Below the pieces are notes generated by a model. That model was not told where the DNA came from and ran no database searches. It was given only the letters and a program-made list of their open reading frames with translations. Position numbers and translations under genes: made by a program. This document shows positions 37,005-48,300 of a stretch of DNA of 64,000 nucleotides, one piece after another (positions within the stretch are counted from its first letter, which is position 1; each line of letters opens with the position of its first letter). The stretch comes from Klebsormidium nitens. Lineage: Eukaryota; Plantae; Klebsormidiophyceae. Where the stretch lies: assembly GCA_000708835.1 (NCBI GenBank), contig DF237045.1, forward strand, positions 62,001 to 126,000. The letters run 5' to 3'.

Positions 37005-37907
37005 TCAAGTCGGCAAATTGGTCCTTAAGAAGCAGAAGCTTGGTAGCAGGTACTGTCGGAGCACCCACAGTAAACTGAAGATTACGATGAAGAAGCTGAG
37101 ATCCCTAACTACCCCCTGCGTTATCCTGCTGACCAAACTCAGCGTCCGAGCGGCCAGATCCATGTGACCTAACCACTTGAGAAGCCCCTCCGCCCCCTTG
37201 ACCCCCTCAAACGGGTTACCGCTACCAGCTGCTACCTGATTACCAAACCCGCTTAATATACACCACCCCAGAACAATCGTGCCGTTCAGAGAGGCTAGTA
37301 GAAGCAACGGCTGCTGAAGGGGGGCTGCTCCTAGAAGAGTGCTATCGGAGCACGCGTGCACGTAATGCAGAAAGATGAGAACAAAAGCGAGAACGATGGA
37401 GGAGCAGACGCGAGCAGTCTCGGTTGCCGTCACCGCCGCTTCCAGCGCAGCGCACAACCGACCCGTCACTTCAGAGAGCGTTCGTGTTTCTGTGGACTCA
37501 GCGATGCCCGGTCCAGAGCGTCCCGTCGCGGCAGCACCCTCCCCAATCTGGCCGGAAACTGAAGTAACAAATGATGCTAAGCGTGCAAATTCTTGCCCTT
37601 GTTGTGCAGCGCCCGGCCCTAATTGTTCATTGCCCAACATGGCGTCCCCAGTATCTGCTCGTTCACCTTGATGGACACTTGTTAAGCCAAAATCTTTCGC
37701 AGGCGACGCACCCGCTGCTGCGAATGGTCTGGGTGAGATAGTGTCAGAATGTATCCCTGGGACGTTTGAACCTGTATGCTCGGAGGTGCTTTCCCCCGCA
37801 TCGATTTTGGCTGCCACTTTCTCGCCCGTGATTGAAGCCAGCCGGTCTGTTCCGCGTGCTAAGATCCTCTGCCGCCGGGCCTCTCGGCGCTCTGCTTCTG
37901 TAGCCAT
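37005..37907 (-). CDS. GET2: GET2/CAML-like ER tail-anchored protein insertase subunit, 300 aa, single exon
   Basis: N-terminal AERREARRQRILARGTDRLASITG matches the basic GET2/CAML motif. It is followed by a disordered linker and three hydrophobic segments near the C terminus. The start ATG was chosen at 37907 inside a longer ORF. Confidence 0.75.
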   Translation of the reverse strand: MATEAERREARRQRILARGTDRLASITGEKVAAKIDAGESTSEHTGSNVPGIHSDTISPRPFAAAGASPAKDFGLTSVHQGERADTGDAMLGNEQLGPGAAQQGQEFARLASFVTSVSGQIGEGAAATGRSGPGIAESTETRTLSEVTGRLCAALEAAVTATETARVCSSIVLAFVLIFLHYVHACSDSTLLGAAPLQQPLLLLASLNGTIVLGWCILSGFGNQVAAGSGNPFEGVKGAEGLLKWLGHMDLAARTLSLVSRITQGVVRDLSFFIVIFSLLWVLRQYLLPSFCFLRTNLPT

Positions 37908-39163
37908 TGGGCTTCTCCTGGAAGAATGCCACCACGGGAACTGAGCGAGTAGCAGGACCCGACGCCCTTTTCTGTGCTTGCTCTGCAAGAATCGTCAGCT
38001 CGTCCAGCCTCACATGTTCACCATTGAAAGATGGACTGCAGCAGAGCAAGAAGTGAGTGGGTTTGAGTAAGACCAAGTTAGTAAGAGCTGAAATCACGAG
38101 GGTCGGCAATTCATCAAACCCAAGGTTAGCGGCCTGCGTTACGAGCCTCCTTTGCTACATGCTGGTGGCGACACAGCTTCAAGTGGGGACGCGCGACAGG
38201 CAACACCGAACCCAATTTCTGGAACCGCAATGGCAAACCCTAACGTGCAGATCGTGCCTCTGATGTCTTCTATTATCCAGCGCTAGCTTCGAACACGCAT
38301 GCATGCTATTAGGTATTAAACTTATAAGCCTGAAGTACTAGGGTAGGTACGCGCTCATGAGAATTGAGTTGATCATGGCTGCCATGCAGGGTGAACACGA
38401 GGAAACTCTCCTGGACACAGCTATTTTTCATGAGCACATGTGCTTGCTTCCCATCTGCAAATTTGATGAAGATGCGTGCAAGCTTAGTAGCTAGCTTGCA
38501 TGGTGGCGCTGTCATGGTCGCAACGCGTGCTTAATTAGCCAACACAGTGGCACCACTGCTCGCACATCATCATGTGCATGCGCCCGACCCTCAATTCAGT
38601 GTGTATTTCGAAAATGACGCTGATCCATGCGCTGACTCGGAGTTGCAATCTTTTGTTGTACTACCTGTAGGCTTCATGTCATCGGAAATTTCACTCAGAT
38701 TGCTAGTGCTGTCAGCAGGCTCATAATCTATCTTTGCGACTCGATAAAAGAGCAAAACCTCATATGTCCTGCATGATCTCATTCCGACACTGGAGCCGCG
38801 CCCTGACTTCAGAAAACCATAGATCTAGATGCCCCGCAACCGTGACGTCTCAAACCCTCCGTGCCCAAGGGACATGGTCTCATCGGCAGGCTGTTCATGA
38901 TATGGCATGCTGCCCCGCTTGTGGATTGAGTCCCTGTAAGCCATGGCTGATCATGACATAATTGACATACCATGCAGCGGCGGTGCATCGCATGGAGTCA
39001 CTACGAGTCACTTGCGTCTTCGACGTTTAACGCCCTGACGAAGCCACGTACACTGTCCTGAGCAGGGCTTCTAAGCTAGTCGCGCCCTACTTGACTGCAG
39101 TGCATCAAAGGGCGCCTTGACAAAGCATGCGGTTGACGAAGATACATTTGACTGCTCCCTGGC

Positions 39164-42100
39164 TTAGTCATAACCTCCAAAAAGATAACTTGCTGCCTGG
39201 TCCTGATTGCCGTTGCAAAGAAGCAGCGCATTCTGGGCAGCCGCTCTATCGAAACCTAGGTCTACAAGTGCTTGAATCTTCCCCTCTAGTTCCGAAGTCG
39301 CCTGCGCAATAGACAAGGAACGCTTATCAGCAAACGGGTTGTCTGATCAGCTCCCCGACCTCCTCAAAAGTCCTTGAAAGTGCGAGAAGAAGCCAACAAA
39401 GGTCCTGAAGTCGAAGCTAGCAAAGGTCCCCGTTATCAGGGGGAAAAAAGATACTCTGACTGAGGTCTTCAAAAGCATTTCTCCGTGATAACTTTTCAGG
39501 AAGCCACCTTGACTCCGTTCTTGCGACAAGTATTCAAAGGATTCTATGAATGTGTGTCCCCCGCAGGTGACAAATATCAGTCGCTCAATTGGCAACAATT
39601 GCAGCAGAATTCCCAAAGGTCCTCCAGAATGCCCCCAGATTCCGAAAGACCATTCTAGAGAAATAGAAGCCCACACCTCAACCTTCAAAGGACCAAAGTC
39701 ACTCACCACTAGCGGCCCAGGAGATGCCGCTACTGGCCCGCCGGCGCCCCCCGCCGACGTCGATGGAGCGTCCGTAATTCCCGGCGGGGGCGTCGGGAGC
39801 GGAGCTTTTGGGCTATCCGAGGGGGTCTGCTCGTCCCAGAGGTAGCGCGGAATCTCGTGCTCCGGCAGGAACGGAACGGCGATGTCGGACGAGCCGAAGC
39901 GGAGGCTGCTGTCCTTGAGGTCGATGACGCACTGGTGCTTGCGCAGCATGTCCAGCCCGAAGATGAACTCCATGTCCTGGTTCTCGAGGATGGTGAACGT
40001 GCACGGCAGAAAGACCTGCCCCACCTATTCGAGAAAGAGGGAAAGATTTCACAACTAGGGCGTGAGATCCGGAAAACAGGTTGTGATTGCAGTTCGTGAG
40101 CCGCCTACTCCGAGGGTGAACTCCATGTCTCGGTTCTCTAGGATGGTGAACGTGCACGGCAGAGACACTTGCTAAACCTGTTCAAAAGACGGAAGGGGAG
40201 GAAGAATCAGAGCTAGGGCGTTAAAATCCGAACAAAGAGTTGTTGTTGCAATCCGTGAACGGGAAAGCGAGACCTGACAATGAACTCCATGTCCTGGTTC
40301 TCGAGAATGGTGAATGTGCACGGCAGGAATACTTGCCCCACCTGGTTGAAAGACGGAGGGGAAGGGAGAATTAGAGCTAGGGCGTGAGATGGGAAACAAA
40401 GTCGTGGTTGCCGTTCGTGAGCCGCCTACTCCGAAGAGAGCCGCCTACTCCGATGATGTACTCCATGTCATGGTTCTTGGGGATGGTGAATGCACGGCAG
40501 GAACACGTGCCCCACCTCGTTGAAGCAAGGGAATATTAGTGCTAACACACGAATTTTGGAAATGGAGATTGTGGTTGAGAGGACTCGAGCAGAGGCGTGG
40601 AGTCCGGAAACGAAGTTGTGATTGCAGTTTGGGAGCGCAAAAGAGTGCAAAAGATGAACTCCATGCCCTGGTTCTCGAGTATGGTGAACGTGCACGGCAG
40701 GAACCGCTTGCCCAACCTGTTGGACAGAACGGAAAGGGAAGCCAGAAGTGAGGCGTGAAGTCAGAAAACGGAGTTGTTGATTGCAGTTCGTGCGTGCGAA
40801 AGAGAGACCTTAAGATGAGTTGGATCTCCTGGTTCTCAAGAATGGTGAACGTGCACGGCAGAAAAACCTGCCCCACCCGGTTGAAGCGAGAGGGGGAGTC
40901 AGTGCTAACGCGCGAGGTTTGGAAACGAAAGTCTGGTTGACAGGAAGGATCAGAGCAGAGGCGTGAAGTCCAAATCGGAGCGCAGAAGTGGGACCTGCCT
41001 AAAACGAAATAACTCCATGTCCTGGTTCTCTGAAATGGTGTAATGTGCACGCAATAACACCTGCCCAACCTATTCGAGGAGGAGGGGTGGAGAAGAACAG
41101 AACAGAGGCGTCACGTCTAACAGGAAACCCCTGATATTCTGTCTGCGAACCAGCAATCTGCCAAAGTCAAGGACCTAGGAAAAACAAATAACCACACTTC
41201 AAAGAGACATATAACCACACTCCAACACTTTCGCTAAAAAATAACGAAGTTGTACATCCCAAGTGCGGAGAAGAGGGGAGAGGCCCAGCCCATTAGGGCA
41301 GGGGCAAAAAGCTCACCAGGAGCGCTGAAGGAGCGAATGTCAAAAGAAAAGCCAGAGTACGACGTGCGAAAGCGGGAGAACAGCACGACCGGCCGGAAGA
41401 CAAAGAATTGCGATACGTTGGGATTGACAAAGACGCAAGGTGAAGAGGACTAGATCTGTCGTTCAAAACCAGACAGTGAACGGAATCGGAGGGGGCATAT
41501 GGTCAAGGATAATCAGACTTACTTTGATCGTAGCGAGATGGACGCGCCCAATGATTTTGCTGGTGCCGACGCCCTTTGCTATACCGTGGTACCGCTTGTC
41601 GACGAGTCGCATGATCCTGTAAAGAAAGATGCACAAATATCGATTTTATATCGTTGACTTAGACCCACCTTAAAGCCTTTCAATCCCCTGGACTCACGAA
41701 CTGTAGACAAAGTAAAACTGTAGGCCGAAGGGTGACAAGCTCCGCACCCATACCCCCCTTAAACCCCGAAACCAATCTCACCCGTACCCAACTATGACCA
41801 AATATCAACACGGCCGTAAATCAACGCGAAAAACGAGAGAGTACTGAAAGCAGCGGCCTCTATAACAAGCCACACACAAAGTCGAGGTAGGACAGGCTCA
41901 CGCACAGCGTCATGCAGATCTTGCACAAGTTCCGCACCGGGCGTTGTATTCAGCCCTTCTACGAACCTTTCGAGCACTCTCCAAGGGTTACCAAGAGAGA
42001 CCTGGAAAGTGAATTGAAAGACTCCTGAAACGATGACTCGATTTTTTAGTCGTTCTAAACGATTCATGGACGCCCCTCTCAAAGATTGTACTGAACGTTC

Positions 42101-44645
42101 TAAAACAGCAGGTCCGCCCGATTCTTTCAGCAAACAACTCTTCTTCGGCACATTCACTGGTGCTGCTTTTCCCACTAAGATAATCGGAAGTGCATATCAG
42201 GAGCTCAACGGTGGAGCTCAAAGGGGCAGTGCTTCTTACCCACACCGCTTCGCGCACGCCTCTGACATGATGGTAGACTGGGCGCCGGTGTCCACGAACG
42301 CCTTCAGGGGCATCCCGTTCACTTCCATGTCCACGTACAACATGACCTGTGCCCAGGAGTCAAGCTTGGCGACTGACATCAAAGTGCGCTCGCTTTGAGC
42401 GAAATGACAACAGGAACACCTGCCACGACAGTATGCGCGTGGTCTTTTCAACCTTATTCTCTCGAATCCCATGGTGTCTCCTCTACCGAGCACGATTTTT
42501 TGGAATCGATGCTGTTAGTTCAGTCCGACTTGAAAAAGCTCTCTCGCAATTATGACCTGAACGAAAAATCAAGTGTCCTAACATGACGAGGCTCACCACT
42601 CTGCCAAAGGCCTCCGGGTTATGCTCCATCGCATTCCCCATATTCTCGTCGATGTTCTCCTGCATTCAAGAGCAGCTTGAATCATTGAAGTGGCACGAAC
42701 TATCTTTGGCTTTTCAGAAGATGCATGGGCAGACCCCAGAAGGCGGTCTCACCAGAAACGAATTGTCCAGAAAGACGGACTACGTGTATGAAGAGAGGGT
42801 TGAAGAATCAAGAGATTATTTCTCTAGCTCAGAGAGTGATTGACTGAAGCAACTCGCAGTTCGACCTGCTTCCTTTCGCAGTCAGGGATGACGCAAGATG
42901 CTCAGCAGGCTTGATACGCACAACTGGTGAGTTCTCAGGAGCGTCTTTGTAATTTCAACGATTCATCAACCCACTAGCCGTTCACTTGCCTGTTGAATCC
43001 GCTCCTCAATCCGTCTCTGTGCTTCAACGTCAAACGGGTCAGCGTTCATGTCCGCCTGTACGAGAAAAGCCGTTCGAGATGGTCACTCCAGGTGAGAATC
43101 TTTCGAGATGGTCGATGCAGATGGTACACAGCTCAGAGCCACAATCTGCACAAGCAAACCCCACTGACTTCTAAAGATCCCACAGAGACAGCTCCTGTAC
43201 ATTTACGCAGAGACTCAATTGTTTTGATCTGAAGAGAGAACAAAACCAATGCCCCTTAAACCCCTCGGATGCTCAGGAAACTCTTTCAAGCCTTGATCAA
43301 GGGTAGGAGAAGTCTACTGACAATCTCTTGCTGCCTTCGTCGTTCAGCTTCCTGTCGTTGGCGATGCCGCTCCTTCAAAAGGTCTTGGAGTCTGTCTATG
43401 GGCCCATTCATGATTGCGTGGTGCAGAGCAGAGTCAGCCTGCAATCAGAGAATAGTCTGCATGTCAAAAGGTGAAGATAGACCTGCGGAAGTTGAGCTCT
43501 CGACACACGAGGCGAACCTGGAAAGAAGTTGCTAGCAAATGACTCAACTTTTGTGCGGAAGTAGCAGTCGACAAGCATGTTGGATGCAATGATGGCTTGA
43601 GCTGCCAGACAGGCTGGCCATGTTCCAGAGGCAACCTCAGGCAGAAGCTGAGAACCTTACCGTTTTCAGCTGCTGCATCAGGTTTTGATCGTTCTGCAAG
43701 TGTCTTTGAAGAGCCACCGGGTTTGCAGCCGATCCGTCAGGGTTTACCATCAACGGGTTGTCAGCAGCTTGACGCCTGTCCAAGGAAAGACAGGGTTCTT
43801 CGACACAGGGTCCTTTGCAATTCAAAGATGCAAACCAAAGAAGTGAAGACCACACAGGGTACAATACCCCGCAAAGTAAAGGGGCACATGCACTTTACTC
43901 ATCATGTAAGCCAGCTTGAGAAGAGAGTCTGCCACCCTGATTTGATTGGAGGTATTAGTCAGGGGGCTTACTCCTGGGATGCTTCTACTACCATGAGCAG
44001 GTCCCCATCTTTGACTCCGCAACCATTGAGTCTTGCGTCATTGGGGAGGTTGCGGCCGTTGAAGAGAAGGCGCTGATTCCGAAGAGGAATCTGAGTCTGC
44101 ACACCACAACGAAGTGTTATGAAACTTAAAAGCTGAAACGAGGTCATGTTCCAGACCTCTGACAAAATCAGAGACAGCAGCAAAGTTCAGTGACAGAAGT
44201 TGGGTGAGGATAGGGAGACTAGCTCAGCAACCATGACTTGAGATACCTCCCACAACGGACCTGGATAGAGCATGGCCAACCACCTCCGACAGGATCAAAA
44301 TCAGCAGCAATTTTGAAAGCGAAACTGCTCACCTCAACCTCCAGGATTGCTTTCACGTTCTCCACCTGCAAAGGAAGCAAGTGGGTTTGAGCTGAAAGTT
44401 TTGCAATACAGGCGCCACTGCAACAGTAACTGCTCTTGGCCTAAAGAACATTTCATCTCGTCACACTTCTTGTTGCTTCTAGCAACTCAAGACAAAGAAA
44501 CTGAAATAGAATCCACAAGCAATCTTTGAAAAGATTGAAAGAAAAGAGAGCCACCGGTGCGTTCGACCACCACACACACCTGCTCATCCTGCTCCACATC
44601 GAGCGTCACAATCCGCTCGTCAGCGGTGCTGACCATTAATTGCAT
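39164..44645 (-). CDS. DDI1: DNA damage-inducible protein 1 (UBL - helical domain - retroviral-type aspartyl protease - UBA), about 413 aa, 11 exons
   Basis: Exons 44580-44645, 44333-44365, 43972-44096, 43661-43775, 43322-43438, 42990-43055, 42597-42659, 42240-42346, 41523-41616, 39707-40024, 39164-39301 (1242 nt, in frame). Motifs [53 protein letters not shown], and [11 protein letters not shown]...AASYLFGG. Intron 6 has a GC donor. Confidence 0.95.
40025..41085 (-). repeat. Array of six degenerate copies of DDI1 intron-9 3' end + first ~60 nt of exon 10
   Basis: The core GCCGTGCACGTTCACCAT..GAGAACCAGGACATGGAGTT recurs at about 40115-40177, 40278-40341, 40455-40516, 40655-40716, 40815-40876 and 41010-41069, period ~155-195 nt, each copy preceded by a pyrimidine tract. 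Confidence 0.95.
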
Positions 44646-45382
44646 CTTGCCTTCTGGAACTCCTTGCTGCACAAATTCCTGGTGGACCTGCTCCTACCAC
44701 CACACTTTGAAGAAGTAGGCGCACCCTTTGCTTTTCAGCTTCTGAGTACAGCTCTTGCGTTACGCGTAGCTGAGCAGCAAGCTGCTCAGAACTAGGTACG
44801 GGATAATGTCTAGTAGAACGACCTCGAAGTTCGATAAGACTTCGAGACTGTCATCGAATCGGTTGCAAGGACTTTGGAAGGTGGAGGGGGAGCGCTTTCA
44901 TCCAAACAGAGTCAAACTTGCAGTTGACTTCTGCCACTGGTTGCCGTCATCATTCAATGGTGGCCCTAGTGCGCAGGTCCAAATTGCTTCCTCTTGATCA
45001 CAAGGGGTTTCCCCAGGGCCAGGGTTTCCCCAAGGTTTCCTTGAATATTTTACTGAAGTGCTGCAGCCCCGTTCTTCTTTTTTGAAAACTGACTCTGCTT
45101 GCCGCAAAGGCCTGACTTGTGAAGCTCCTTGAAATTGTCCAAACTGGTTCTGAGGGCACTTTCCTGGAGGCCAATGCAACTGGCAGCAAGGGTACGCGCG
45201 CTACAAAGAGCTCAAATGGTATGCAAATATTGCAGAGGCTGATTTGCTTGAGCTGACAAGCACAGAGCCGCCGAGCTAGTGTCTGGTTGGAACTAAGCAC
45301 TTCCAATTGGAACCCCACCACTTACAAGAGTTTGCACACACTCACAGGGTGATGTCAGCTGCTCTCCCCTCAACACAACGAG
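44646..45382. promoter_or_regulatory. Probable bidirectional promoter region, DDI1/LTD-EEP gene
   Basis: Divergent start codons are 737 nt apart. Confidence 0.5.
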
Positions 45383-48300
45383 ATGGGGCGCACTTTGCCA
45401 ATCCTCCTGCTTCATCCTGTTTTCTTAATTGCGATCAGCGCTCTGCTGCAGTTGACATCAGCAACGTTGCTCTTGGGTCAAATTGTCACTGGCAGCGGTT
45501 ACAACAAAGCGATTGAGGTGCGCAATCCTGGGCCCTTCAGTGAAGCAGTGAACCTAACCCAATTTGGCTTGCTCTGGCTCCCCAACGGGCAAGACTTTCG
45601 TGTGTCCGGTTGGCAACAGCTCCAAGCCCCTATTGCAGCCGAGACGGCTCTGGTTCCGGGGGGTGGATCATACCTTATTGCGCACACACGCGCGGCCCCC
45701 TGGCTGGTGGGAAATGCAAGTGCCCTTAGTGAAGTAAGTTAGCCGTGTCAGAGATTCTTCAACAATACACCATCCTTGCTGCAAGTTCAGCACTGGAAAG
45801 TGGTTCCTAGAAAGCTTAGAGCATTTTGAACCCGCCGTGCTGGTGTTCGCCTTTGCAGAGAAACTCAAGACTGTCATGGGTGTATGCACGGGGTCCGTCT
45901 GCAGTAATCCAGCGAGAGTTTCTAGTCTCTGTGGTTTACATTGTGACTCTGTAGTACATTTTGGCATCGAGGCAGTGTTGGGATGCTACCTGTGTATGGA
46001 GTCCTATTAAGGCTTAGCTCTCGGTGATTGATATGTCAACTTGCTGCAGAATAGAGACTCGCAAAGCTTTGGGAACTCAAGTAGCACTAAATACTTGAAG
46101 ATTGTATTAGGAGGGGTGCAGCGGTTTGAGGTACAGGTTTTGGTTGCGCAGAAACTCCTTTTCTTGACAATGATTCTTAAAGTACCAGTCTCCTTCTACA
46201 ATGCTGCTGATCAGACATGAGTGCCGCTGTGATCCCACTTTCCCAGAAAACTTTGGTCCTCAACAAGCAGAGGGGCCGGTCGAATTTCCACGAGCTTTGC
46301 CAGCAGTCTGTATCTCATCAAAGAGCTGGTTTGTACAAGAAATAACGGCCGCTTCAACAGTGGAGGTAGCAGGGTTATCTATAGTTCTACCAATCAGCTC
46401 GTACTTCTTTTGGTTGGTGGAAATGTGTAAGCACATAGCTTTACTCTCAAGACGCAGGACTCTCACAGCTCCTTCCTGGTGGCTGCCCATGTTATCATCT
46501 GCTTAACGTCCATATCCTTTCCCGCTCGCCTGTGCAGGCTTTCCTTTTCGATGGGAATGATGTTCTCGCGCTGGCAATGCGGGCGGACAACAATACCTGG
46601 CTGCCAATTGACATTGTGAGCCTTCTTTCCTCCAAACGGGGCCTGGTTTACGGTTCTTCATTCAAATGTCCTGTCTGACGGAAACCACCATGACATTTGG
46701 CTGGTTCCATTGTCGAATTCAGCAACAAGGAACCCCGTAAGTAGGCGCGTGGAGCCCTTGTACAGGTTTTTTGAGAGAGGTGACGATCTGTCACGGTCAT
46801 TATGACTGGTGAGGATAAACCGGTGTCAGATTCGGAGCAGTTGACCACGACATATGGGAGGTTGAAGCAGTCGACTGCGACATATTGGATGACATTGTTG
46901 GCACTCAAAGTGACATCAAAGTGGAAGCTTGTCCTGAAGCAAGTTATCTTTGGAATTGAAAGACTGTTCTTTTCTGTCGCCATCCTCACCCTTTCTAATG
47001 AAGACCTCAGCACCCAAGGTCTTACCTTTGTCTGATCCCTCTTCAGAAAGGAACTGAATTGCGTGGTCGTTTCTTGATCAGTCTCGACTTTTAGCTGGAC
47101 CTTGTTTAAGCGTGACTAAACCGCTTGCTAACCCTTGTCCCATGCCTTGCTAACCAGGTCGGAAACCCGAATCGCTACAATGCGAGCGGGTGGGCTGTTG
47201 CCGGACTCCCAAGCGCAACCCGAAACCACACCCTCTTTCGCAAAACCAGCATCACTTCTCCCACCGTAAACTGGACCCTTTCCGCCGGCACCGACGCCGC
47301 CTCCTCTCAGTGGATCGTTCTTCCGAGCACCGTTCTCAGACCCGGGGGGTCGAACGGCACTGGATCGGTCCCCCTGACGAGCGGGCAGTGTAGCAAGGCC
47401 GCTGGTGTAACAAGTGACCGGAGGAAAAATAAGAGCGTGTTGAAAGTTGCCATGTGGACCGTGGACTGGTTGTTTGACGGCGTTAGCGATCCGGCTGGGT
47501 CGCCCTGGAATGGCGGAGCAAGTTGTCCAGGTAATAGTACGTTCGCGGGCGTAAGACCTTCATTAGGTCGTTCCTTTACAAAGGTGCAAATAGACATCGC
47601 AAGCGCGGCCAAAGTGGATGCGACGAGTCTTACGTACTTGTACGAATATCAATCTGTTTAAAGGCTTGGTACAGTTATCGACTCCTGTCAACTGTCGAGA
47701 CGAAGCCCCGCTCCTTCTTTGCTGTGTCGCTAATTCGTTCGAACCCCCAATACAGAGAACCCTCCCTACCTCTATGAAAGGGCTTATGACGTACATCTTT
47801 CCCGCCCCTGATCATCGGTCCCCTAATGGATTGGGGTTTCCTCGCTCTCAGCCCGCGGCCAGAACAAGATTCAGGAGATGAATGAACCAGGAGACCGTGC
47901 ACTTGCTTTCCTGTTCTATTGCGAATTTCGTTTCTTTTCGTGCTACTGACCTCAATCTCGGAGATTCGGTCAAAGTCGGTGACAAGTTGTTTTCAAATTT
48001 CCTTACTTCGATTCGCCATACGCCCTGTATCATGTGCAGTCGACTGGGGCCGCCTCATAACGACACGTCTTCATCTCTGGATCTCTGAAGTTCAAGTTCA
48101 AAGAGACGACTTTTTTGAACTAAACGAGTTTCCCGCTGCGCTCAGGCAATCCTGGCGACCCGGGTTTCACGCCCTTGAACCAGTGCAACGCGGCAGGGGC
48201 GGCAGCACGGATCCAACGGGTGGTGCGCCGCATCAAGGATCTTGATGGTACGTTTCCGTCGACCATCTTTCTGCAATCCGTTCCATCCAGAACGCACCCC

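Noticed and set aside
40445-41068. 207-aa ORF with protease-like fragments
   Set aside because: It is composed of frameshifted echo units of DDI1 exon 10.
40025-41085. Repeat-spacer appearance resembling a CRISPR array
   Set aside because: The repeats are degenerate copies of a host exon inside a spliceosomal intron, the 'spacers' are homologous to each other, and there are no cas genes.
39164-44645. Retroviral-type aspartyl protease as sign of an LTR retroelement
   Set aside because: It is embedded in the UBL-RVP-UBA architecture with ten introns, so it is the host DDI1 gene.
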